From contig NC_092370.1 of NCBI RefSeq assembly GCF_030028105.1, positions 126,382,221-126,446,220 on the forward strand: a stretch of 64,000 nt of DNA, in the 5' to 3' direction. Of the stretch, positions 1 to 11,454 are shown piece after piece. Each line of letters opens with the position of its first letter. Position 1 is the first letter of the stretch. The notes under the pieces were generated by a model. It was not told the origin of the DNA. It made no database searches and saw only the letters and a list, made by a program, of their open reading frames with translations. Source of the DNA: Mobula birostris. Taxonomy: Eukaryota. The position numbers and the translations under genes were made by a program.

Positions 1-6
1 AAATAA

Positions 7-704
7 AGGCCAATTTATACTTCAGCATCAAATCTACGCCGTAGGTACGGCGTAGCCACGTACCCTATGCTGTACCCTATGTTATAGCCTGACACGCACC
101 TCCCCAAAAATGTAACTACATGTCGCGGCGTCGCAGACCACAACAGCTGTGATTGGTCCGCTTGGTAGCATCGCATTTCCTCCTACGTTGCAATAGCTTC
201 CCATTGGGCGACTGAAGGGCAGGGGAGGAACTCTGACTGCAATGCTTTCCATAAAGCTTTACAGGCCTCTGAAATTATGGGGGACTCTGTACTTGACACC
301 AGCTTGTAGCTAGCTGCTACAGCCTGTTGACTTCCACCTGAAGCTAAAACTCGAATGGTGATTGCCAGTCTCTGAGTATACTGTGTGTACACTGATGAGA
401 AATAAATGGTTGGAGACAATGAACCAAATCGTCAAATCTACCTGCCGACATCTGAAATTATTTGAAATGCATTTCCTCGTCCATGTCTCTCAGTGGCCGG
501 ACAAGCACAGAAAATTCACCCTCCTTCAGTTTCAGTCGCCATTGTTTGAAGTTTGAGTTTCTTTGTGTTGAAACACAGTGGCATAGAAACCCCACCGCCA
601 ACTAGCATTTTGGCGATGAATTGCAGAGAGACACAGACACACCAATGCACAAGTATAAATGTTCACAACAGCGTAGGCTGCTACGCAGAAGTATAAATTA
701 GCCT
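7..704 (-). mobile_element. Non-autonomous PIF/Harbinger DNA transposon (internal deletion derivative)
   Basis: TIRs AGGCCAATTTATACTTC (7-23) and GAAGTATAAATTAGCCT (688-704, 1 mismatch), flanked by TAA at 4-6 and 705-707 (Harbinger-type TWA TSD); internal transposase remnant. Confidence 0.9.
183..530 (-). pseudogene. Harbinger transposase N-terminal/HTH fragment
   Basis: QRLAITIRVLASGGSQQAVAASYKLVSSTESPIISEACKALWKALQSEFLP matches the Harbinger RLAxTLRxLAxG...STVSxIxxExCxALW motif; preceded by a FxMSxxxFDDL-like segment; no DDE core. Confidence 0.8.
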
Positions 705-912
705 TAAGACTTCTACCATATAGTTCCAACAGTAGAGTGATGATATCCAATAACTCTGGAGAACACTACCATCTGGTGGGCATGGTTGACCAAATGACCA
801 AGTATGTTGGGCTCAGTGGATGGCATGAATATGAAAACAGGTCATCCCATGGCAAGTAACTAATTTTCTGATATTCTGGTAGAATTTCCACCAAACATAA
901 GACATGAGTCAC

Positions 913-1024
913 ACTCACAACACGCTGGAGGAACTCAGCAGGTCGGGCAGCATCCGTGGAAAAGATTGGTCGACGTTTCGGGCCGGAACCCTTCATCAGG
1001 ACTGCATCTGCAGATTATTTTGTG
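913..1024. mobile_element. Miniature inverted PLE 3'-end insertion
   Basis: Minus-strand PLE tail with hammerhead (913-1003) joined to plus-strand terminal GCATCTGCAGATTATTTTGTG; flanked by CATAAGACATGAGTCAC (896-912) and CATAAAACACAAGTCAC (1025-1041). Confidence 0.7.
969..1003 (-). ncRNA. Minimal type I hammerhead ribozyme motif (PLE-associated)
   Basis: Minus strand reads AGUC-CUGAUGA-AGGGUUCCGGCCC-GAAA-CG-UC-GAC: intact core, stem II GGG/CCC, stem I GUC/GAC. Confidence 0.8.
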
Positions 1025-1044
1025 CATAAAACACAAGTCACCGG

Positions 1045-1133
1045 AATCAGAATCAGGTTGTGTTGTGAAATTTGTTAGATTAGCAGCAGCATAAATGATA
1101 ATATAGAAAGAATAAATAAATAAATTGCAGTAA

Positions 1134-1210
<77 letters not shown>

Positions 1211-1690
1211 TAATAGATTAAAATAGTGCAAAAACAGAAGAGATATATATAAAGTGAGGTAGTGTTCATGGGTTCAACATCCATTTAGGAATCAGAAGGC
1301 AGAGGGGAAGAAGCTGTTTCTAAATCACTGAGTGTGTGCTGTCAAACTTTTGTACTTCCTGCCTGACGGTAACAATGGGAAGAGGGCATGCCCTAGGTGA
1401 TGAGGGTCCTTAATAGTTGATGTTGCCTTTCTGAGACACCGCTCCTTGAAGATGTCTTGATTACTACGGATGCCCAGTACCCATGATGGAGCGGACTAAC
1501 TTTACAACTTTCTGTAGCTTCCTTTGGTCCCGGGTCCCGTGCAGTAGCCTCCCCCCACCACCCCAATACCAGTGATGAGTGGTGCAGCCTATCAGAATGC
1601 TCTCCACAGTATATCTATAAAAGTTTTTGAGTATCTTAGGTGACAAACCATATCTCTTCAAAATCCTAATGAAATGTAGCCATTGTCTAG
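1045..1690 (-). mobile_element. Rex1/Babar-type LINE 3' fragment
   Basis: ORF 1464-1736 reads LKRYGLSPKILKNFYRYTVESILIGC...KLQKVVK; (CTGATT)n-type 3' tail near 1045. Confidence 0.75.
1135..1206. repeat. Compound (TA)n(TG)~29 microsatellite
   Basis: Directly visible. Confidence 0.97.
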
Positions 1691-1696
1691 ATGATA

Positions 1697-1790
1697 TAAT
1701 ATTCTCCTCTTGCCTGGATGAGTGCAGTGTCAACAACTCTCAAGGATCTTGACCCCATCCAGGACAAAACAGCCTGCTTTTTACCTGGCT
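1697..1790 (+). mobile_element. CR1/L2-group LINE RT C-terminal fragment
   Basis: Translates YSPLAWMSAVSTTLKDLDPIQDKTAC; a related fragment lies at about 40070-40230. Confidence 0.6.
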
Positions 1791-1829
1791 GCGACAACCT
1801 GGCAGTATGAACATTGCCAGTGCAGAACT

Positions 1830-2523
1830 GGGAACTTGCTTTGGCTCAAGAGGCATCGGCAGAGAGGCACAGTTGAGTAGCAAGTAAGAACAGGTAGCTT
1901 TTTTATATAGTTCAGTAAAAATACACCATATTACAATTAACTGAATAAAGTAGGGATGCACGATCAGGTGATGTGTTGTAGCTACATGATGTGGGAGCTG
2001 GTGGACCCCACTGTGGTTCCTGGTGACCACATCTGCAGCAAGTGTTGGTTGCTTGAGGAACTCAGGCTCGAAGTTGATGACCTGGAATCTGAACCTCAAA
2101 CACTCTGATGCATCAGGGAGGGAGAGCATTACATGGACACTGTGTTTCAGGAGGCAGTAACACCCATTAACTACTGAAATTTAGTCTGTGGCCAGGGACA
2201 AGAGGGTGTGACTGTGAGTGAGCAAGGTAGGCAGATCCAAGTGATAGTACTGGAGGAGCCTTAGCCCTTGTGCTTGTCCAACAGGTCTATGATTGTTGCT
2301 GTCTGTGAGATTGACAGTGGGAGCTGTGGGAAAGATGAGGAAAGGTGGCTTTTTAGAACAGCCTCTGATAGAGCCCGCCCGAAAAAATGCAATTCTGATT
2401 TGGTTTTGTGCATTGAACTAGGTTTGATTAGGGAGCATAAGGTAAAGAAATCCTCGAGTGCAATGATCATAATATGATAGAACTCACCTTGCAGCTTGAG
2501 AGGCAGAAGTTAAAATCAATATA
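1830..2523 (+). mobile_element. CR1 LINE, 5' part (ORF1 zinc-finger region and APE remnant), interrupted by a PLE
   Basis: QVMCCSYMMWELVDPTVVPGDHICSKCWLLEELRLEVDDLE (CR1 ORF1 N-terminus); DLVLC...LIREHKVK...DHNMIE (APE C-terminus); the reading continues at 7063. Confidence 0.8.
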
Positions 2524-2583
2524 CACACATAAAAGTAGCTGGTGAACGCAGCAGGCCAGAAGGCATCTATAGGAAGAGGTACA

Positions 2584-2618
2584 GATGACGTTTCGGGCCG
2601 AGACCCTTCGTCAGGACT
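2584..2618 (-). ncRNA. Minimal hammerhead motif with degraded stem I
   Basis: AGUC-CUGACGA-AGGGUCUCGGCCC-GAAA-CGUC-AUCU. Confidence 0.6.
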
Positions 2619-2829
2619 AATTGAAAGAAGAGATAGTAAGGGATTTGAAAGTGGGGGGGAGGTCCGAAATGATAGGAGAAGACAGGAGGGGGAGGGATGG
2701 AGCCAAGAGCTGGACAGTAGATTGGCAAAAGGGATATGAGAGGATCATGGGATGGGAGGCCGAGGGAGAAAGAAAGGGGGAGGGGGTAAGTCCAGAGGAT
2801 GGGCAAGGAGTATAGTGAGAGGGACAGCG

Positions 2830-2968
2830 NNNNNNNNNNNNNNNNNNNNNNNNNNNNNNNNNNNNNNNNNNNNNNNNNNNNNNNNNNNNNNNNNNNNNNN
2901 NNNNNNNNNNNNNNNNNNNNNNNNNNNNNNNNNNNNNNNNNNNNNNNNNNNNNNNNNNNNNNNNNNNN
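2830..2968. other. Assembly gap (139 N)
   Basis: Run of N inside the PLE 3' UTR. Confidence 0.99.
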
Positions 2969-5480
2969 GTATGAAGAGGAGGTGGGACATTAACGGAAGT
3001 TAGAGAAGTCAATATTCATGCCATCAGGTTGGAGGCTACCCAGCCGGAATATAAGGAGTTGTTCCTCCAACCTGAGTGTGGCTTCATCTTGACAGTGGGG
3101 GAGGCCGTGGATAGACATATCAGAATGGGAGTGGGACGTGGAATTAAAACGTGTGGCTACTGGGAGATCCTGCTTTCTCTGGTGGACAGAGCCTAGGTGT
3201 TCAGCGAAATGGTCTCCCAGCCTGTGTCTGGTCTCGCCAATATATAGAAGGCCACATCGGGAGCACCGGACGCAGTATATCACCCCAGTCGACTCACAGG
3301 TGAAGTGTCACCTCACCTGGAAGGACTGTCTGGGGCCCTGAATGGTGGTGAGGGAGGAAGTGTAAGGGCATGTGTAGCACTTGTTCCGCTTACAAGGATA
3401 AATGCCAGGAGGAAGATCGGTGGGAAGGGATGGGGGGTACGAATGGACAAGGGAGTCACGTAGGGAGCGATCCCTGCAGAAAGCAGAGGGGGGGAGGAAA
3501 AGATGTGCTTAGTGGTGGGATCCCATTGGAGATGGTGGAAGTTACGGAGAATTATATGTTGGACCTGGAGGCTGATGGGATGGTAGGTGAGGACAAGGGG
3601 AACACTGTTCCTAGTGGGGTGGCGAGAGGATGGGGTGAGAGCAGATGTGCGTGAAATGGGAGAGATGCATTTGAGTGCAGAGTTGATGGTGAAGGAAGGG
3701 AAGCCCCTTTCTTTAAAAAGGGAGGACATCTCCTTCGTCCTGGAATGAAAAGCTTCATCTTGAGAGCAGATGCGGCGGAGACAGAGGAATTGCGAGAAGG
3801 GGATGGCATTTTTGCAAGAGACAGGGTGAGAAGAGGAATAGTCCGGGTAGCTGTGAGAGTCTGTCGGCTTATAGTAGACATCAGTAGATAAGCTGTCTCC
3901 AGAGAGAGAAACAGAAAGATCAAGAAAGGGGAAGGAGGTGTCAGAAATGGACCAGGTAAACTTGAGGGCAGGATGAAATTTGGAGGCAAAGTTAATGAAG
4001 TCAACAAGCTCAGCATGCATGCAGGAAGCAGCGCCAATGCAGTCGTCGATGTAGTGAAGGAAAAATGGGGGACCGATACTAGTATAGGCTTGGAACATGG
4101 ATTGTTCCACAAAGCCAACAAAAAGGCAGGCATAGCTAGGACCCATATGGGTGCCCATGGCTACACCTTTAGTTTGGAGGAAGTGGAAGGAACCAAAGGA
4201 GAAATTATTAAGAGTAAGGATTATTTCCGCTAGCTGGAGCAGAGTGGTGGTAGAGGGGAACTGGTTAGGTCTGGAATCCAAAAAGAAGCAGAGAGCTTTG
4301 AGATCTTCCTGGTGGGGGATGGAAGTACATAAGGACTGGACATCCATGGTGAAAATAAAGCGGTGGGGGCCAGGGAACTTAAAATCATCGAAAAGTTTAA
4401 GAGCGTGAGAAGTGTCACGAACATAGGTAGGAAGGGATTGAACAAGGGGGGATAAAACAGTGTTGAGGTATGCAGAAATGAGTCAGGTGGGGCAGGAGCA
4501 AGCTGAGACAATAGGTCTGCCAGGACAGGCAGGTTTATGGATCTTGGGTAGGAGGTAGAAACGTGAAGTGCGGGGTGTGGGAACTATAAGGTTGGTAGCA
4601 GTGGATGGGAGATCCCCTGAGCGGATAAAGTTGGTGATGGTGTGGGAGACAATGGCCTGGTGCTCCTTAGTGGGGTCATGATCGGGGAGTAAATAAGAGG
4701 AGGTATCCGTGAGTTGTCACTGTGCCTCGGCAAGGTAGAGGTCAGTACGCCAGACTATAACAGCGCCCCCCTTATCGGCGGGTTTAATAGTAAGGTTAGG
4801 ATTAGTGCAGAGGGAGTGGAGAGCGGAGCGTTCGGAAGGAGTGAGGTTGGAATGGGAACAAGGTGTGGTGAAGTCGAGACGGTTGATGTCCCGTCGGCAG
4901 TTAGCAATAAAGAGATCCAGAGCAGGCAGAAGACCAGAGCGGGGTGCCCATGAAGAGGAGGATGGTTGAAGACGGGAGAAGGGGTCATCAGTGGGGGTGG
5001 GAGAGTCCTTGCTGAAGAAGTAGGCTCGAAGACGGAGCCGACAGAAGAAGAGTTCAACATCATGGCGAACGCGGTACTCGCTGAGGTGTAGGCGAAGGGG
5101 AACAAAGGTGAGGCCCTTACTGAAGACAGAGCCTCTGACAGTTGAAGGTCGGAGGGGATGGTAGAGGCCTGGCACAGATGAGAAGTGGGATCAGAGGGCG
5201 GAGGGAGAGGGAGGCTGGGGTTGTCAGTGGAGAGGGGAGGGTTGGGGTGAGAGGAAGAAGGAGCCTTCGAGGGCCCAGGAGTAGCTGATGGAATGTGAGG
5301 GAGATGGGGTTGCAGAGTGGTGGTGGGGGAAGAGGAGACGGGAGTCACAATAGCAGCATGTGAAGACCCAGCCTGGCCTTCAAGTCTGGAATCTTGAGAG
5401 CGAGGATCAGAGGGGGGAGGGGGGAGGCTGGGGGCGTCAGTGGAGAGGGGAGAGTTGGGGTGAAAGGAAGATGGAGCGTC

Positions 5481-7048
5481 TCCCAGCTATGCCTGCCTTT
5501 TGGTTGGCGTTGTGGAACAATCCCTGTTCCAAGCCTATACTGGTATCTGTCCCCCACTTTTCCTTCGCTACATTGGAGACTGCATTGGCACTGCTTCCTG
5601 CACGCATGCTGAGCTCGTCGACTTTATTAACATTGCCTCCAACTTTCACCCTGCCCTCAAGTTTACCTGGTCCATTTCCGACACCTCCATCCCCTTTCTT
5701 GATCTTTCTGTTTCTACCTCTGGAGACAGCTTATCTACTGACGTCTACTATAAGCCCACGGTCTCTCACAGCTACCTGGACTATTCCTCTTCTCACTCTC
5801 TCTCTTGCAAAAATGCCATCCCCTCCTCGCAATTCCTCCGTCTCCGTCGCATCTGCTCTCAGGATGAGGCTTTTCATTCCAGGACGAAAGAGATGTCCTT
5901 ATTTAATGAAAGGGGCTTCCCTTCCTTCACCATCAACTCTGCTCTCAAACGCTTCTCTCCTATTTCATGCACATCTGCTCTCAACCCATCCTCCCGCCAC
6001 CCCACTAGGAATAAGGTTCCCCTTGTCTTCACCAACCATCCCACCAGCCTCCGGGTCCCACATATAATTCCCCGTAACTTCCGCCACCTCCAACGGGATC
6101 CCAACACTAAGCACATCTTTCCCTCCACCCCTCTCTCTGCTTTCCGCAGGGATCGCTCCCTACGCGACTCCCTTGTCCATTCGTCCCCCCATCCATTCCC
6201 ACCAATCTCCCTCCCAGCACTTATCCTTGTAAGCAGAACAAGTGCTACACATGCCCTTATGCTTCCTCCTTCACCACCATACAGGGCCCCAGACAGTCCT
6301 TCCAGGTGAGGCAACACTTCACCTGTGAGTCGGCTGGGGTGATATACTGCATCCGGTGCTCCCGATGCAGCCTTCTATATATTGGCGAGACCCGACACAG
6401 GCTGGGAGACCGTTTCGATGAACATCTACGCTCTGTCTGCCAGAGAAAGCAGGATCTTCCAGTGGCCACACATTTTAATTCCATGTCCCATTCCCATTCT
6501 GATATGTCTATCCACGGCCTCCTCTACTGTAAAGATGAAGCCACACCTTATATTCCGTCTGGGTAGCCTCCAACCTGATGGCATGAACATTGTCTTCTCT
6601 AACACCCCACCTCCCCCTCGTAACCCACCCATCATTTATTTATTTATTTATTTATTTATTTTCTCTCCTTTTTCTCCCTCTGTCCCTCTCACTATACCCC
6701 TTGCCCATCCTCTGGGCTTCCCCCCTCCCCCTTTCTTTCTCCCTAGGCCTCCTGTCCCATGATCCTTTCCCTTCTCCAGCCTCGTATCCCATTTGCCAAT
6801 CAACTTTCCGGCTCGGCTCCATCTCTCCCCCTCCTGTCTTCTCCTATCATTTCAGATCTCCCCTTCCCCCTCCCACTTTCAAATCTCTTACTATCTCTTC
6901 TTTCAGTTAGTCCTGACGAAGGGTCTCAGCCTGAAACGTCGACTGTACCTCCTCCTATAGATGCTGCCTGGCCTGCTGTGTTCACCAGCAACTTTTATGT
7001 GTGTGGCTTGAAATTCCAGCCTCTGCAGATTTCCTCGTGTTTGCGTTT
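5481..7048 (+). mobile_element. Penelope-like retroelement (Neptune group), inverted short arm with complete 3' end
   Basis: Inverted homolog of about 2524-4140; RT C-terminal half, TYPCKQNKCYTCP linker, GIY-YIG; 14 bp TSD TTAAAATCAATATA at 2510-2523 and 7049-7062 encloses both arms. Confidence 0.95.
6909..6944 (+). ncRNA. Minimal type I hammerhead ribozyme motif
   Basis: Stem I AGUC (6909-12)/GACU (6941-44), CUGACGA 6913-19, stem II AGG/CCU, GAAA 6933-36, predicted cleavage after GUC at 6940. Confidence 0.85.
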
Positions 7049-7925
7049 TTAAAATCAATATATTGGCATTACAGTTGAATAAAAGTAACTGTAAATGTGT
7101 GAAGGAGAACTGGCCTAAATTGATTGGAAGAAGACAATAGCAGGGCTGATGGTGGAACAGCAATGGCTGGAGTTTCTGAGAGTTATTTTGAGAGTTCATC
7201 CCAAAGAAGGATTCTGAAGGGAGGATTAGGCAACAACCATGGCTAAAAAGAGAAGACAAAGAAAGCATAAAAGGGAGAGCATATGGCATAGTGAAACTTA
7301 GTAGTGAGCTGGAGGATTGGGGGATACATGGTCATGCACTTTGGTAGAAGGAATAAAGGCATAGACTGCTTTCTAAATGTGGACCAAATTTAGAAATTGC
7401 AAGTCCAAAGGGATTTAGGAGTCCTAGTGCAAGATTCTCCAAAAGTGAATTTGCAGGTTAAGTTGGAAGCAGGGAAGGCACATGCAATGTTAGCATTCAT
7501 TTCGAGAGGTCTGGAATATAAAAGTAAAGATGTAATGCTGAAATTTTGTAAGGCTTTGGTCCGACCACATTTGGAGTATTGTGAGTGGTTTTGGACTTCA
7601 TACCTAAGGAAGGATTTGCTGGCATTGGAAAGGATCTAGAAGAGGAGTACAAGAATGATCTTGGGAATGTAAGGGTTAAAATATGAAGAGTGTTTGATAC
7701 TTCTGGGCCTGTTCTGTCTGGAGTTTAGAAGAATGGCTGCAGGGGAGAGGGATCTCATTGAATCCTACTGTATATTGAAAGCCTGGGTAGAGTGAACATG
7801 GAGAGGATGTTTTAATATTGGGACTGACTAAAATCAGAGCGCATGGCTTCAGAATATATTAAAAAGTGAAATCCCCAGAGCAGATTTGATAGCCTAATTG
7901 TGATCCTATGCCTTATGGTCTTATG
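7049..7925 (+). mobile_element. CR1 LINE, continuation to 3' end (internally deleted)
   Basis: QRDLGVLV...AMLAFISRGLEYKSKDVML...LVRPHLEYC; CR1-like tail CCTTATGGTCTTATGG. Confidence 0.85.
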
Positions 7926-7934
7926 GCCATGGTC

Positions 7935-9305
7935 ACGGAATTCTTTACTTACTGGTTAACTACTTCTCCCCCCAACATTCCATCTCTTTCCTCTCTCCTC
8001 TTGATCGACCAAGTTTCTCCCACACTAACCTTAGTCCCCCACAACTCTTTTTCCTTCCCCTTCCCACCCACTTCATCTGTCCATCACTCACAAATTCCTT
8101 CCACTTGGTTACCACCCCAACTGTCTTGAGCTGCCTACCACACCTCCCTTATTTGGTTCCGTGGACCATCCTATTTGCCTTTACGTCATCTGCGGCTCTC
8201 CGTCCCCTCAACCTATCTCCTCCTGTTCTCTGTCACTATTTCCACTCTCCCCTCCTATCACCTGAACATTCCTAACTCTGTGCCCAGATTCTGCTCTAAC
8301 TCCAAGTGCAAGTTTGCAGGTGATTCCACCATAATGGACCATATCTCAAATAACAAGGGTTGGAGTAAAGGAAGGAGACTGAGAATTTAGTAACACAGTA
8401 TCATGACAACTACCTTTCCTTCAATGTCAGCAAAATAAGAGCTAGTCATTGGCTTCAGGAAAGAGGGCAGAGCACATGCTCCTGTTTACATCAATGGTGA
8501 TGAGGTTGAGAGGGTTGAAGTTCAACTTTTAGCAGTGAATATCCACATAGACATCATGAACAAGAAAGTTCACGCATGCCTCTACTTCCTCTGGAGGCTA
8601 CAGAAGTTTGGCATGACCATCAACCCTTACCAATGTTTATCGATGTACCATATGGAGCATCCTATTTGGATGCATCATGGGTTGATATGGCACGTGACCA
8701 CAGCAAACTGCAGAGGGCTATGGCCACAGATCTGCACATCACAGGAACCAGCCTCCCTTCCATGCTCTCCACTTCCCTGTACATCAGCAAAGCAGCCAGA
8801 ATAATACAGCTTCTATCCCAAAGTCATAAGACTATTAAATCATTCTCTACCACAATAAGCTTGATTCTTGGCTTCACAACCTAGCTCACAATGGTTACGC
8901 AGCTTATTGTTTACCTGCATTGCAATTTCTCAATAGCTGTTACTCTTTATTCTGCATTGTTATTGTTTTATCCTGTTCTGCCTCAATGCATTTGTAATGA
9001 GTTGATTTGTATGAACAGCATACAAGATAAGATTTTCACTGTATCATGTGACTTCAATAAAGCAATTCCAATACCATTTCCAATTTCAATTCCGTTCCCA
9101 GCTGGATCCATCTATCGCCTGCCAACTGTTGCTTCACTTCTTCCCCTTACCTCTTTATACTGTTTAGCTCGCCTCTGTTCTTCAGTCAAGATAAAGAGTC
9201 TTCATTGACGGCTCATTTCTCTTCATGGATGCTGCCTGACCTGCTGAGTTCATCCATCATCTTGTTTGTAGCTCCAGATTCCATAATCTACTAAATCTTG
9301 ATTTT
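7935..9305 (+). mobile_element. Old PLE 3' UTR/tail, interrupted by a Rex1-type LINE
   Basis: Pyrimidine-rich UTR 7935-8260 resumes at about 9095 and ends GATGCTGCCTGACCTGCTGAGTT...GCTCCAGATTCC. Confidence 0.55.
8265..9090 (+). mobile_element. Rex1/Babar-type LINE 3' fragment
   Basis: KFAGDSTI, FNVSK..ELVI, CLYFLWRLQKFGM motifs; AATAAA plus (ATTCCA)n-like tail. Confidence 0.75.
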
Positions 9306-10144
9306 CCTGCTTATTTAGTACTTTATCATCACGCTGAATAATAATTCCCTCTGCTACTCATAATTATGATGTTTGCCAACTTGAAAATATATTACATAGT
9401 AATTTAAAATGTATTACCTAGTTCAGACTGACAGCACCACCCGACAACACCTGCCAGCAAAGATACTTGCAAAAAGTGAATAGAAAAGCATTCCAAGCCT
9501 CTAAATGCTATCACCTATTTCTTGATTTGGGATGATATCCTGTTTGTTAGTAAAAAAATCTGGTTCCAGATTAATGATACTGTGTGATTTGCTACACAAA
9601 AGCACTGTTGCTGTTTATAGGGAAGAGGACTCTCTGTCTACTTGTCAAAATCAAATCAAGTCGGCTGAGAAAAAAAAATGATTATGAAATCAAATTCAGG
9701 CAAAGTATTCTGAAAAGTTCAAAGAATCACTTCACTATCAGTTTCTCAAAGACCCAATTCACTAAATGAAAACAGTAAGTTGTAAAGAACAATCAGCCCA
9801 ACTTCTAGCAGTTACTAAACAGCAGGAAGTGTAAGATTGACTTATTAACTCATTGAGATCATTTCTAGCCACTTGCAGGGTTCTACTGCTCATCAACTTT
9901 GATAAAAATGGACTTTCTGAAGTTTTAGGGAGATCTGGGAAGACCCAGAGGGAAATACAGCTGCAACTCAGATGAAACAAGAGTTATTACCGTAACAAAG
10001 AACAATGTCAGAATTCTTAAGAACAGAGGGAATGTTAGAAGATGTATTGCTTGTATAATACTATAAATGCTAGCAAGATGAGAGCAGTAAATGCCAACCT
10101 TGTCTGGAAAAAGTGAAAAGAAATACTATAATTTTCGAGTCTAG

Positions 10145-10420
10145 GATGCTACCAGCCAAGACACCAGAGACCCAGGTTGCATTCTGACCTCTGATGCTAT
10201 CTCGGTGTGAAATTTGAGTGGGTTTCCCTTGAGTGATCATGCTTCCTCCAATATCTTAAAACATGCTGATTGTTAGGTTAATTGGCCATGTAGACTATCC
10301 CCAATGTGAGGAGAATCAGGTAGATTTCTTAGACATGTGAGAGAGAATAGGTTATACAGGAATTATATGGAGAGGAATGAGATTTTTTTCAGGTCAGCAT
10401 AGATTAAATGTCCTCCTCTA
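10145..10420 (+). mobile_element. Degenerate tRNA-derived V-domain (HE1-like) SINE
   Basis: B-box remnant CCAGGTTGCATTC, GTGGGTTTCC and GTTAGGTTAATTGGCCATG V-domain remnants. Confidence 0.55.
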
Positions 10421-10449
10421 AATTATAAGGGATCAGGAACAGAGGTCCT

Positions 10450-10975
10450 ACACCACAGATCATCCTACCTGGACACATCACAGCTTGGTATCGCAACAGT
10501 TCTGCCAAGGGAGGCAAGAAATCGCATGACAGTCTATCATGAAAACCAGCCTTCCCTGGAATGATGCTATCCTTACTTCCTGCTGCCTTGGGAAAGCAGT
10601 AATTTACTCAAGGACTCCTTCACAGTGGGCATTCTCTCATCTTCCTCCTACCATCAGGCAGAAGATACAAAGGCCTGAGAACACACTCCATCAGGGTAAA
10701 GCACTGCTTCTATCTTGCTGTTGTAAGACTCTTGAGTGGACCTCTTATACAATAAATATGAACTCCTGATTTCTGAATCTACGTTATGACCCTTGCACCT
10801 TATTTTTTGACTTGCTCTGCACTTTTTCTGTAACTGTATTCTTTATTCTATTATTGCTTTCTTTTTGCACTTCTTCAGTGCACTCATATATGGAATGATC
10901 TATCTGAATGGCATGCAAATAAAACCTTTTCAACGTATCTCAGTACATGTGACAATAATAAACGAATTATCAGTC
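10450..10975 (+). mobile_element. Rex1/Babar-type LINE 3' fragment
   Basis: ITAWY-like motif, LPSGRRY-like motif and the same 3' UTR as other copies in the window. Confidence 0.65.
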
Positions 10976-11454
10976 TTGAATCAAATCTCCTCACTCTCAC
11001 TCTGGGATGAGCACTCCTAGGATTCTCTCTGGGGTAGAATTTCTGATTATCCGAGACAAGGTTCCAAACTCTGTGGGCAGCAGTGATCCAGACTCTGTGT
11101 GGGGATGGAGCAAACATCTCATTCACTTAAAAGGTCCAAGTCATTAAGCGTTCTGAAATACTCAAGATTATTTGAAAACCTGCAGCATTGTATTCGTGCA
11201 GCTTTCCATGGGTAATGTTGTCCCAGGAAGGTAATGGACATGAGGATCTACAGTGAGGATTGGCATCGAAAATACTTGTCGGGATCTGGCTCGTGTCTCA
11301 CAGTCATTTCTACTGCCACCTCCTGCGTATAAATATCTTGACCGTGAGAGCATTTCAGTGGCTGCTATTCTGTGGTGAATGCTACAACAAAGCTTTTCCA
11401 CCAATTATCTTTTTTATTTAACTTTTTGTGACTTCAGGCAACAAATGAAACTCC

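Larger units (their letters stand above)
2524..5480 (-). mobile_element. Penelope-like retroelement (Neptune group), long arm, degenerate RT + GIY-YIG
   Basis: KGLTFVP and KPADKGGAV N-terminal motifs; RT motifs MDVQSLCTSIP, GVAMGT, YIDD; CxxxxCxxC linker; GIY-YIG IYCVRCSRCGLLYIGET...PDGMN; frameshifts and stops. Confidence 0.95.

Noticed and set aside
935-1284. Poly-(His-Thr) ORFs
   Set aside because: Translation artefact of the (TG)n microsatellite.
3313-4347. 344 aa ORF, the longest in the track, as a functional gene
   Set aside because: It is the RT portion of a PLE whose ORF is broken by stops and frameshifts on both sides.
9418-9450. Possible 33 nt minus-strand micro-exon (cag|GTGTTG...CTAG|gtaata), with another acceptor-like site near 9540
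   Set aside because: Splice-like signals of this strength arise by chance; the peptide VVGWCCQSEL is not recognisable and no partner exons were found. RNA-seq would be needed.
10990-11404. Short minus-strand ORFs in unique sequence as host exons
   Set aside because: No recognisable domain and weak donor sites.
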